64,000 nt of DNA, taken from the NCBI GenBank assembly GCA_963849885.1, contig CAWKIV010000019.1, positions 7,517-71,516 on the forward strand. Direction: 5' to 3'. The stretch's first letter is position 1. Every line of letters begins with the position of its first letter. The stretch comes from an uncultured Actinomycetota bacterium. GTDB lineage: Bacteria; Actinomycetota; Actinomycetes; Mycobacteriales; CADCTP01. Below are positions 52,207 to 62,585 of this stretch, piece after piece. The position numbers and the translations under genes were made by a program. The notes beneath the pieces are model-generated. The model did not search any database. It saw only the letters and a list, made by a program, of their open reading frames with translations, and was not told the origin of the DNA.

Positions 52207-53138
52207 CTACCCCTTCACGGCGCCCGTGGTGAGGCCCCCCACGATGTAGCGCTGCAGGAACTGGAACAGGACGACGATCGGGATCGCGAGGAGCAGCGAA
52301 CCGGCGGCGAACACCCCGAAGTTGTTGTTGCGCTCCTCCGACACCAGGCCGTAGAGACCGACCGCCGCCGTCTTCGCCGAGTCCTCGGTCAGGAAGATGC
52401 TGGCGATCATGAACTCGTTCACCGCGCCGATGAAGCCGAGCAGGCCGGTCACGGCGAGGATCGGCACCACCAGCGGCAGGATGATGCCGAAGAAGATCTG
52501 GGCGTGGGTGGCCCCGTCGACCTTCGCCGACTCGTCGAGGTCCTTCGGGATGGTGTCGAAGAAGCCCTTCATGAGCCAGGTCGTCGTGCCGAGGGCGCCG
52601 CCCATGTAGAGCAGGAGCAGACCCCACCGCGTGTTGAATCCCACCGCCGGCCAGTAGTCGCTGATCTCCGCGTAGATCAGGTAGATCGCGACGATGGCCA
52701 GCAGCGCCGGGAACATCTGCACCAGGAGCACGCCGAGCAGCCCGGAGCGCCGCCCCGTGAACCGGAACCGGGAGAACGCGTACGCCGCGCAGGCCGAGAT
52801 GAACATCGACAGCCCCGCCGACAGCAGCCCGATGATCAGGGTGTTGACGAACCAGAGCGGGAACGAGGTGTCGAAGAGCACCTTGCGGAAGTTCTCGAAG
52901 GTCACCTGGCTCGGGATGAGCTCCGACGAGGCCAGCGTGCCGAGCGGGTTGAGGGCCGAGGACAGCACGAAGAGGATCGGGAAGATCGAGAACGCCAGCG
53001 CGAGCAGGCCGACGAGGTGGCGCCAGCCGACCCGGCGGAACCAGCCGCCCTTCGCGCCGCCCAGCCGCACGACATGCTGCTCGCCGAGTTCCTTGCGCTC
53101 CCGGTCGGCGGTCTCGACCGCGGCGATGTTGGGATTCA

Positions 53139-53139
<1 letters not shown>
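52207..53139 (-). CDS. malG: maltose/maltodextrin ABC permease MalG
   Basis: ATG 53139 lies within ORF 52207..54795. The EAA loop DESAKVDGATHAQIFFGIILP is present, with 6 TM segments. Confidence 0.92.
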
Positions 53140-54767
<1,628 letters not shown>

Positions 54768-54791
54768 GTCGGCCTCCTACGCGGGGGAGGA

Positions 54792-54827
54792 CCACTGGGC
54801 CGGCGCCAGGGGCAGCCGGCCCAGTGG
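54792..54827 (-). promoter_or_regulatory. intercistronic hairpin between malE and malF
   Basis: CCACTGGGCCGGC-(10 nt)-GCCGGCCCAGTGG: a perfect 13-bp stem in the 82-nt malE-malF gap. It may act as a processing, stability or partial-termination element that uncouples binding-protein and permease levels. Confidence 0.4.
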
Positions 54828-54849
54828 GGGTCCTATCGGTGCGGGACGG

Positions 54850-56124
54850 TCACTTGATCTGGGCCTCGATGGCCTTGCCGGCGGCGGTGATCGTGGTCGC
54901 CGGGTTGGCGCCACCGACCACCGCGGCCTCGGCCTTGCCCAGCGGGTCCCACACCGCCGCCATCGCCGGGATGCTGGGCATGATCTGACCGGAGTCGCGT
55001 CCGGCGTCGGCGACCTTGACGATCAGCGGGTCGGACGCCTCGAGCTGCTTCAGCGCCTCCTTCAGCGCCGGCACGTTCGGGTTCGCCTTGAACAGCGCCG
55101 CGGCCACGTCCGCCCGCGACCAGTAGTTCGTGACGAACTCCTGGGCCAGCGCCTTGTTCTTGCCCTTGGTGGCCACGTACGCCGCGTCGACCGTGATGAA
55201 CGGGCTGGCCGGCTTCCCGTCGCTGAAGGCCGGCACCGGCGAGACGTCGTACTTCAGCCCGGTCGCCTTCTGCAGCTGCGCGAACTGCCACGGACCGGAG
55301 ACCATGAACGCGGTCTTCTTGCCGGTGAACAGGCTCAGGATGTTGTCCGTCGTGATGGAGCGCTTGAGGACTCCCTCGCCCTTCTCGCCCAGCGCGCCGA
55401 TCTTCTCGTAGGCCTGGATCGACTCCGGCTTGCCGACGCCGAGGTCCTTCGGGTCGAAGTCGCCGTTCGGCAGGGTGCCGAACATGTAGCCGCCGCCGGA
55501 GGTGTAGAGCGGGTTGATGTGGTAGGGGTCGCCATTGGCGCCGATCGGGTACGCGGCGATCTCGCTGACCTTGCCGGCCGCCTTGAGCTCCTTGCCCTTC
55601 GCGACCATGTCCTCGAACGTCTTCGGGGCCTCCGGCGCCAGGTCGGTGTTCCGGAAGAGCACGATGTTGTTCATCGTGTACGGAGTGCCGTAGGTCTGGC
55701 CGTTGAAGGTCACGGCCTTGACCGCGAGATCCTCGAAGCTGGCCTTGGTCTCGTCGGTCATCTGCACCGGGTCGATGGTCCCGTTCTGCACCAGGTTGCC
55801 GATCCAGTCGTGCGCGCCGAACACGACGTCGGGGGCCTTGCCGGCCTGGGACGCCGTGACGAACTGGGTCTGCAGCTCCTTGGGGACGACCTGCACGGTG
55901 ACGTTGACGCCGTTTTCCTCACCGAAGGCCTTGGCGAGCTTCTTGGTCTCCTCGCCGGTCGGCCCGGGGCCGGTCCAGAGCAGCAGGTCGCCGCCGGCGC
56001 CGGCGCTGGGGGCAGCACTGCCGCCGCCGCCGGACGGCGTGTCGTCGCCGCCGCACGCGCCCGCCACCAACGTCAGGGCAGCGAAGACGGCCGCCACCCG
56101 AAGCTTTGTGAGGTTCCTCTGCAT
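54850..56124 (-). CDS. malE: maltose/maltodextrin-binding lipoprotein MalE
   Basis: 424-aa ORF with GGAGGAG RBS and lipobox LVAGAC-G. The protein resembles actinobacterial MalE along its whole length. Confidence 0.92.
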   Translation of the reverse strand: MQRNLTKLRVAAVFAALTLVAGACGGDDTPSGGGGSAAPSAGAGGDLLLWTGPGPTGEETKKLAKAFGEENGVNVTVQVVPKELQTQFVTASQAGKAPDVVFGAHDWIGNLVQNGTIDPVQMTDETKASFEDLAVKAVTFNGQTYGTPYTMNNIVLFRNTDLAPEAPKTFEDMVAKGKELKAAGKVSEIAAYPIGANGDPYHINPLYTSGGGYMFGTLPNGDFDPKDLGVGKPESIQAYEKIGALGEKGEGVLKRSITTDNILSLFTGKKTAFMVSGPWQFAQLQKATGLKYDVSPVPAFSDGKPASPFITVDAAYVATKGKNKALAQEFVTNYWSRADVAAALFKANPNVPALKEALKQLEASDPLIVKVADAGRDSGQIMPSIPAMAAVWDPLGKAEAAVVGGANPATTITAAGKAIEAQIK

Positions 56125-56218
56125 GAACTACTCCTCCGACGGGGGCGTCCACCTCCGCCGCGCGGTTTCTACGCCTCGCCGTGGAGGTATGTGTCTGATG
56201 GGACAGGGACCGAAGGCA

Positions 56219-56236
56219 TGCTAAAACGGATTAGCA
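56219..56236. promoter_or_regulatory. LacI-family operator candidate
   Basis: TGCTAAAACGGATTAGCA is palindromic at 7 of 9 pairs around a central CG (compare the generic TGNNAANCGNTTNNCA). It lies in the AT-richest part of the malE-malR divergent region. Confidence 0.35.
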
Positions 56237-56367
56237 GAAGGATGCTCGCGCTCTCTCCCGGGTGTCAAGGGGGTCTCGCAGCTGTTACCGGAGCGTGTCC
56301 GCGCAGCCAGACAGACCGCCCCTTCGGGAATGGACCCCTGGCCCCGAACAGGTGCGACACTCACTAT

Positions 56368-57417
56368 GTGCACTTCATCCGCCCGCGTCGGCCCACCCTC
56401 CGCGACGTGGCGCAGCGCGCTCAGGTCTCCCCGACGACCGCGTCGTTCGTCCTCACCGGGCGGGACGACATGCGCATCTCGGACGACGCGCGGCACCGCG
56501 TGCTCCGGGCCGCGGCCGACCTGAGCTACAAGCCCAACCTGACGGCGCGCAGCCTGCGGACCAAGGTCACCCGCACCATCGCGCTGGTGTCCGACACCAT
56601 CGCGACGGGGCAGTACGCGGGCGGCATGATCGACGGCAGCCTGTCGGCCGCCCTCGCGCACGAGCACCTGCTCTTCGTCGGCGAGTCGGAGGGCGACGCG
56701 GCGGTGGAGGCCCGGCTGATCGAGGACCTCCTCGGCCGGCAGGTGGACGGCTTCGTCTACGCCTCCATGTTCACGCGGCAGGTCACCGTCCCGCGCGCCC
56801 TCACCGACCATCCGCTGGTGCTGCTCAACTGCACCACCCGGGACGCCCGCATCCCCGCGGTGCTGCCGGACGAGATCGGCGCCGGCCGGGCGGCGGCCCA
56901 GGTGTTGCTGGACCGCGGCCACCGCGACGGCGTCCACGTCGTCGGCGAGCCGAACCCGGACGTCTTCGCCGCCCGGGAGCGGATGGCCGGCATCCAGGAG
57001 ACGCTCTCGGCCGCCGGCACCGAGCTGGCCGGGGTGCTCGACTGCGACTGGTGGCCGGAGCAGGCGTACGAGGAGGTCCGCCGTTTCCTGCGGCGCGGCC
57101 GGCCGCCGACCGCCCTGGTGTGCATGAACGACCGGATCGCGTTCGGGGCGTACCAGGCGCTCCAGGAGGCCGGCGTCGGCATCCCGGAGGAGGTGTCGGT
57201 GGTCTCCTTCGACGACTCGGAGCTGGCGAGCTGGCTGCGGCCGCAGCTGACCAGCGTCGCGCTGCCGCACCACGAGCTCGGCCGGCGGGCCGTGGAGCTG
57301 CTGCTGTCGGAGCACCCCGCCACCGAGATCGAGCGGATCGCCATGCCGCTGCGCGAGCGGCCGTCGGTCGGGCCGCCGCGCAGGCCGGCCCGCGCGCCGG
57401 TCGACCGTCCCGCCTGA
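56368..57417 (+). CDS. malR: LacI-family repressor of the maltose cluster
   Basis: GTG 56368 lies within ORF 54547..57417. It has the N-terminal HTH PTLRDVAQRAQVSPTTASFVLTG and a periplasmic-binding-protein-like core. Confidence 0.88.
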   Translation: MHFIRPRRPTLRDVAQRAQVSPTTASFVLTGRDDMRISDDARHRVLRAAADLSYKPNLTARSLRTKVTRTIALVSDTIATGQYAGGMIDGSLSAALAHEHLLFVGESEGDAAVEARLIEDLLGRQVDGFVYASMFTRQVTVPRALTDHPLVLLNCTTRDARIPAVLPDEIGAGRAAAQVLLDRGHRDGVHVVGEPNPDVFAARERMAGIQETLSAAGTELAGVLDCDWWPEQAYEEVRRFLRRGRPPTALVCMNDRIAFGAYQALQEAGVGIPEEVSVVSFDDSELASWLRPQLTSVALPHHELGRRAVELLLSEHPATEIERIAMPLRERPSVGPPRRPARAPVDRPA

Positions 57418-57470
57418 CCGGAGGCTCACGCCACTACGGTTGCCCGACCGAACCGGGGGAGATCGAGCCG

Positions 57471-58703
57471 ATGCGTTTCGTCTTCACGCCGCCGGCCGAG
57501 GCCGCGGCGGGCCTGCTCACGCTGCCGTGGGAGCAGCCGCTGGCCGAGTGGACCGACGACCGGCTGGTCGAGATCCGGCAGCGCGGCCTGTCCCGGCACG
57601 TCGTCCGCTTCGTGGTGGAGGGCGGCGAGGTCTTCGCGATCAAGGAGATCGACGAGCGGCTGGCCCGCCGGGAACACCGGCTGCTGCGCCGGCTGCGCGA
57701 GCTGGGCATCCCGGCCGTGGAGGTGCTCGGCGTGGTCGCCGACCGGCCGGGGCTGGAGTCCGCGCTGGTCACCCGCTTCCTCGACTACTCCACGCCGTAC
57801 CGGAACCTGTTCGCCAACCAGCGTGGCGGCCAGCTGACCGACCGGCTGCTCGATGCGATGGTGGAGCTGCTGGTCCGGCTGCACCTGGCCGGCTTCCTGT
57901 GGGGCGACTGCTCGCTGTCCAACACGCTGTTCCGGCACGACGCCGGCGCGCTGGCGGCGTACCTGGTGGACGCGGAGACCGCCGAGCTGCGGCCGGCGCT
58001 GTCCGACGGCATGCGCGCGTACGACGTCGGGCTGGCCGAGGAGCGGGTCGGCGGCGAGCTGTTCGACCTGGAGGGCGCCGAGCTCCTGCCGGCCGGGGTC
58101 GACCCGGTGGAGGTGGCCTCGGAGGTGCCGCGCCGCTACAAGGCGCTGTGGGAGGAGCTGACCCGGGAGGAGCTGCTGCAGCCCGGCGACCAGCGCTACC
58201 GGATCGCCGAGCGGCTGCGCCGGCTCAACGAGCTCGGCTTCGACGTGGACGAGCTGGAGATCGTGCAGGGGCCGGCCGGCAACCGGCTCAAGGTCCGCAC
58301 CCGGATCGCCGAGCCCGGCCACCACCGGGTGCTGCTGTTCGCCCGGACCGGCATCGACGCCGAGGAAAACCAGGCCCGCCGGCTGCTCAACGACATCGCC
58401 AGCTTCCGCGGCTGGCTGGAGCAGAGCGAGGGCCGCCGGATCCCGGACGCGGCGGCGGCCAACCGGTGGCTCGCCGAGCTGTACGAGCCGGTGATCTCGT
58501 CCATGCCGGAGGACCTGCGCGGCCGGCTGGACGACGCCGAGGTGTTCCACGAGATCCTGGAGCACCGCTGGTTCCTGTCCGAGGCGGAGGGCCGGGACGT
58601 CGGCACCACCGCGGCGGCGGCCGACTACTTCGCCGGCATCCTGCCGGCGGTGCCGCCGGACCTCACCGTGGGCTCCGGGATGCGCGGCATCATCGGCCCC
58701 TGA
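57471..58703 (+). CDS. DUF4032 domain-containing (lipopolysaccharide-kinase-like) protein
   Basis: ATG 57471 lies within ORF 56262..58703. GLSRHVVRFV...VFAIKEI...LHLAGFLWGDCSLSNTLFRHDAGALAAYLVDAET...EENQARRLLNDI matches DUF4032. Confidence 0.85.
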   Translation: MRFVFTPPAEAAAGLLTLPWEQPLAEWTDDRLVEIRQRGLSRHVVRFVVEGGEVFAIKEIDERLARREHRLLRRLRELGIPAVEVLGVVADRPGLESALVTRFLDYSTPYRNLFANQRGGQLTDRLLDAMVELLVRLHLAGFLWGDCSLSNTLFRHDAGALAAYLVDAETAELRPALSDGMRAYDVGLAEERVGGELFDLEGAELLPAGVDPVEVASEVPRRYKALWEELTREELLQPGDQRYRIAERLRRLNELGFDVDELEIVQGPAGNRLKVRTRIAEPGHHRVLLFARTGIDAEENQARRLLNDIASFRGWLEQSEGRRIPDAAAANRWLAELYEPVISSMPEDLRGRLDDAEVFHEILEHRWFLSEAEGRDVGTTAAAADYFAGILPAVPPDLTVGSGMRGIIGP

Positions 58704-58720
58704 GGCCCGTCGCGCCGTCC

Positions 58721-59347
58721 TCAGTCGACCGGGCGCTCCAGCGCGTCGCCGGCCGCCTCGTGCAGCGCGACCAGCTGCCGGGTCAGCGCGTGGGTGAACT
58801 CGTCCAGCCAGGTCAGCACCCGCTCCAGCTCCGCGACCACGCCGGCCGGGTGGGCCCGGTACGCCGCGCAGAACTCGGCGACGGTCTGCTCGAAGCCGAT
58901 CCGGGCCGACACCTCCGCGTGCACCAGCAGGTCCCGGGCCTCGTCCCGGGCCGGCACCGGGTGGTCCGGCGGCCGGTGCACGCCGCCGGTGAGCAGGTCG
59001 GCGTAGCGCTCCGCGTTGGCCGTCAGCGCGTCCAGCCGCTGCCGGGCCTGGCTGGCCAGGTCGCCGGGGCTGGCCGGCGGCCGGTGCCCGTTGACCAGCG
59101 GCACCCGGTCCACGTCGGCGCCGTGGTCCCGGTAGAAGTGCCGGAGCCGGTCGATCTCGGCCCGGAGCGCGGCCTGCTCGGCCTGGTCGGCCTCCAGCTC
59201 GGTGGCCACCCGGGCCAGGAAGGCGCTGACCTCCTCCTCGGAGTAGCCGCGCCAAGCCATCGGGGACTGCCCGAACTGGGCCGACCGGATGTCGGCCGCG
59301 GTCAGCCGCCGGGCCTGGTCCGCCCGAAGCCTGCGGAACGCTCGCAC
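58721..59347 (-). CDS. DivIVA domain-containing protein
   Basis: 208-aa ORF. LTAADIRSAQFGQSPMAWRGYSEEEVSAFLARVATELE is the DivIVA N-terminal domain, followed by coiled-coil-like sequence. Confidence 0.75.
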   Translation of the reverse strand: MRAFRRLRADQARRLTAADIRSAQFGQSPMAWRGYSEEEVSAFLARVATELEADQAEQAALRAEIDRLRHFYRDHGADVDRVPLVNGHRPPASPGDLASQARQRLDALTANAERYADLLTGGVHRPPDHPVPARDEARDLLVHAEVSARIGFEQTVAEFCAAYRAHPAGVVAELERVLTWLDEFTHALTRQLVALHEAAGDALERPVD

Positions 59348-59445
59348 GGTGCCTCCTTGTGGGCCGGCAGGCTCGCAGACGGCGACTGTAATACCGGATG
59401 GTCCTCCGGTGCCGGATTCGTAGGGGTTAGGTCAGACTAAATGGC

Positions 59446-60216
59446 ATGACCTACCAGCACCTGCTTGTCAAGCGTGACACCACGATCAGCACGATCACGC
59501 TCAACCGGCCGGAGAAGCGCAACGCGCTGTCGCTGGACGTGCTCCGGGAGCTGATCGCCGCCTTCACCGAGGTGGGCGACTCGGACGCGCTCGGGGTGGT
59601 GCTCGCCGCGAACGGGCCGGTGTTCTCCGCCGGGCACAACTTCGCGGACATGGCCGGGGCGGACCTCGCCGCCGCCCGGCGGCTGTTCGAGACCTGCACC
59701 GAGCTGATGGACACGGTGCAGGCGATCCCGCAGCCGGTCTGCGCCAAGGTGCACGCGCTGGCCACCGCGGCCGGCTGCCAGCTGGTGGCCACCTGCGACC
59801 TGGCCGTCGCCGCCGACACCGCCGCGTTCGCGCTGTCCGGCGGCAAGGGCGGGCTGTTCTGCCACACGCCGCTGGTGCCGGTGGCCCGCAGCATCGGCCG
59901 CAAGCGGGCGCTCGAGCTGGCGCTGACCGGCGACCCGGTGGACGCGGCCACGGCCGCCGACTGGGGCCTGATCAACCGGGCGGTGCCGGCGGCGGAGCTG
60001 GACGAGGCCTGCTGGGACCTGATCACCCGGGCCACCCGCGGGTCGGCGGAGTCCAAGGCGCTGGGCAAGCAGGGCTTCTACGCCCAGGTGGGGCTGGACC
60101 AGGACGCGGCCTACCGGCACGCGGTCACGCTGATGGCGGCGGCCGCGGTGACCGCGGACGCGCAGGAGGGCATCGCCGCCTTCCTGGCCAAGCGGCCGCC
60201 GTCCTGGCCGGCGTGA
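59446..60216 (+). CDS. enoyl-CoA hydratase/isomerase family protein
   Basis: 256-aa ORF. ITLNRPEKRNAL, VFSAGHNF and ATAAGCQLVATCDL match the crotonase fold. Confidence 0.9.
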   Translation: MTYQHLLVKRDTTISTITLNRPEKRNALSLDVLRELIAAFTEVGDSDALGVVLAANGPVFSAGHNFADMAGADLAAARRLFETCTELMDTVQAIPQPVCAKVHALATAAGCQLVATCDLAVAADTAAFALSGGKGGLFCHTPLVPVARSIGRKRALELALTGDPVDAATAADWGLINRAVPAAELDEACWDLITRATRGSAESKALGKQGFYAQVGLDQDAAYRHAVTLMAAAAVTADAQEGIAAFLAKRPPSWPA

Positions 60217-60262
60217 CGGGACGCACCACCACCGGGACGGCCGGCGTCGGTACCGTCATGCG

Positions 60263-61432
60263 GTGCACCGTCCATCCCGGCCCCGGTGGCCGGCCGTCGC
60301 CGCCGCCCTCGCGCTGCTGGCCGGCCTGGCCGGCTGCTCGCCGGACACCGAGGAGACCGCCGCCCCGCAGCCGTCCGGCCCCGCCGCCACCGGCCCGGCG
60401 AGCCTGGCCGGGGTCTGCCCGGCGACCGTCGCCGTGCAGTCCAACTGGTGGCCGCAGGCCGAGGACGGCGCGCTGTTCCACCTGCTCGGCGGCGACCTGA
60501 CCATCGACCGGCAGCGCAAGCGGGTGTCCGGCGCGCTGGTCGCCGGCGGCCAGGACACCGGGGTCCGGCTGGAGATCCGGTCCGGCGGCCCGGCCAACGG
60601 CTTCGTGCCCGCGGTGAGCATGCTGTTCACCGACCCGGCCGTGCTGCTCGGCACCGCCGACACCGACCAGATCGCGCAGGTCGCCGGCCGGCAGCGGGTG
60701 AAGGCGGTGGTGGCGCCGCTGGAGCGCTCGCCGGTGGTGCTGATGTACGACCCGGCGCAGCACACGTTCGGCTCCATCGCGGACATCGGCCGCACCGACA
60801 CCCGCGTGCTCTACTTCCAGGGCGCCACGTACATGGAGTATCTGGTCGGCAGCGGGCGGCTGCAGCGGTCCCAGGTCGACGCCGGCTACGCGGGCAGCCC
60901 GGACCGGTGGGTGGCCGCCCGCGGCAGCATCGTGCAGCAGGGCTTCCTCACCAACGAGCCGTTCGCGTACCAGCGCGAGCTGCCGGCGTGGAACAAGAAG
61001 GTCGCCTGGCTGCTGGTCGCGGACGCCGGCTACCCGGTCTACCCGGAGACGCTCACCGTCCGGGCCGACCGGGAGGCGGCGCTGGCGCCCTGCCTGCGCC
61101 GGCTGGTGCCGCTGATCCAGCGGTCGGCGGTGGACTACCTCGCCGACCCGACGGCCACCAACGCGCTCATCGTCCGCCTGGCCGACGACTTCACCGCGTA
61201 CCCGTACTCGGCCGCGCGGGCCGCGCACGCGGTGTCGGTGATGCGGGACAACGGCATCGTCGGCAACGGTCCCAACCGGACACTCGGTGACTTCGACGTC
61301 GCCCGGGTGGCGAAGCTGCTCGACATCGTGCGGCCGGTCTTCGCCCGCAACCGGCAGCCGCTGCCGGCCGGGCTGACCGCCGAGGACCTGGTGACGAACG
61401 CGTACGTGGACCCGGCGGTCTCCGCCGGCTGA
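60263..61432 (+). CDS. orphan ABC-type substrate-binding lipoprotein (NMT1/THI5-like, nitrate/sulfonate/bicarbonate class)
   Basis: 389-aa ORF with lipobox LAGLAGC-S. No permease or ATPase gene is adjacent. Its stop lies 12 nt before the acdS start. Confidence 0.7.
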   Translation: MHRPSRPRWPAVAAALALLAGLAGCSPDTEETAAPQPSGPAATGPASLAGVCPATVAVQSNWWPQAEDGALFHLLGGDLTIDRQRKRVSGALVAGGQDTGVRLEIRSGGPANGFVPAVSMLFTDPAVLLGTADTDQIAQVAGRQRVKAVVAPLERSPVVLMYDPAQHTFGSIADIGRTDTRVLYFQGATYMEYLVGSGRLQRSQVDAGYAGSPDRWVAARGSIVQQGFLTNEPFAYQRELPAWNKKVAWLLVADAGYPVYPETLTVRADREAALAPCLRRLVPLIQRSAVDYLADPTATNALIVRLADDFTAYPYSAARAAHAVSVMRDNGIVGNGPNRTLGDFDVARVAKLLDIVRPVFARNRQPLPAGLTAEDLVTNAYVDPAVSAG

Positions 61433-61444
61433 GAGGAGACCGCC

Positions 61445-62461
61445 GTGGGCCTCGCCGACTTCGACCGGGTGCCGCTGCTGTTCGGCCCGTCGCCGGTGCA
61501 CCCGCTGGAGCGGCTGACCGCCCACCTCGGCGGCGCCGCGCTGTGGGCCAAGCGGGAGGACTGCAACTCCGGGCTGGCCTACGGCGGGAACAAGACCCGC
61601 AAGCTGGAATACCTGGTCGCGGACGCGCTGGCGAAGGGCTGCGACACGCTGGTGTCCATCGGCGGGGTGCAGTCCAACCACACCCGCCAGGTCGCCGCGG
61701 TGGCCGCGCGGCTCGGGCTGCGCTGCGTGCTGGTCCAGGAGAGCTGGGTGGACTGGCCGGACGCGGTCTACGACAAGGTCGGCAACATCCTGCTCAGCCG
61801 GCTCGCCGGCGCCGACGTGCGGCTGGTGAAGGCCGGCTTCGGGATCGGCTTCAAGGAGAGCTGGGACGCCGCGATCGCGGAGATCGAAGCCGGCGGCGGC
61901 ACGCCGTACCCGATCCCGGCCGGCGCGTCGGACCACCCGCTGGGCGGGCTGGGCTTCGCCCGCTGGGCCGCCGAGGTGGCCGACCAGGAGCGCGAGCTCG
62001 GGGTGTTCTTCGACACGATCGTGGTCTGCTCGGTGACCGGCAGCACCCAGGCCGGGATGGTGGCCGGCTTCGCCGCGCTGGAGGCGGCGGGCGGCCGGCC
62101 GCGGCGGGTGCTGGGCGTGGACGGGTCCGCCAGGCCGGCCGAGACCCGCGACCAGGTCGGCCGGATCGCCCGGGCCACCGCCACCGCGATCGGGCTCGAC
62201 GAGGGCGTCGAGCTGGCGGTGGAGCTGGACGAGCGCTACCACGCGGGCACGTACGGCATCCCGGACGAGTCCACTGTGGATGCCATGCGGCTGGCCGCCC
62301 GGACCGAGGGGATGATCACCGACCCGGTGTACGAGGGGAAGTCGATGGCCGCCATGGTCGATCTCGTCGGCCGGGGCGAGATCGGCCGCGACTCGACCGT
62401 CCTTTATGCACACTTGGGCGGACAACCGGCCCTCAACGGGTACAGCGCGCTGTTCTCCTGA
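61445..62461 (+). CDS. acdS: 1-aminocyclopropane-1-carboxylate (ACC) deaminase
   Basis: 338-aa ORF with [24 protein letters not shown] contains the PLP-binding Lys. DPVYEGKSM and YAHLGG carry the Glu and Leu that distinguish AcdS from D-cysteine desulfhydrase (which has YTGK and HTGG). Confidence 0.9.
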   Translation: MGLADFDRVPLLFGPSPVHPLERLTAHLGGAALWAKREDCNSGLAYGGNKTRKLEYLVADALAKGCDTLVSIGGVQSNHTRQVAAVAARLGLRCVLVQESWVDWPDAVYDKVGNILLSRLAGADVRLVKAGFGIGFKESWDAAIAEIEAGGGTPYPIPAGASDHPLGGLGFARWAAEVADQERELGVFFDTIVVCSVTGSTQAGMVAGFAALEAAGGRPRRVLGVDGSARPAETRDQVGRIARATATAIGLDEGVELAVELDERYHAGTYGIPDESTVDAMRLAARTEGMITDPVYEGKSMAAMVDLVGRGEIGRDSTVLYAHLGGQPALNGYSALFS

Positions 62462-62585
62462 GCGTCCGCTGAGAGGATGTGACTTCGCTCTCGGCTGAAC
62501 TCGGGGCCGGGCGGAACTGAGTTGCGGGGCTCGGTGTTGCGGCTAGCGTTCGAAGCCCGGCCTTGCCCATAGCCAGGAGAAGCTC

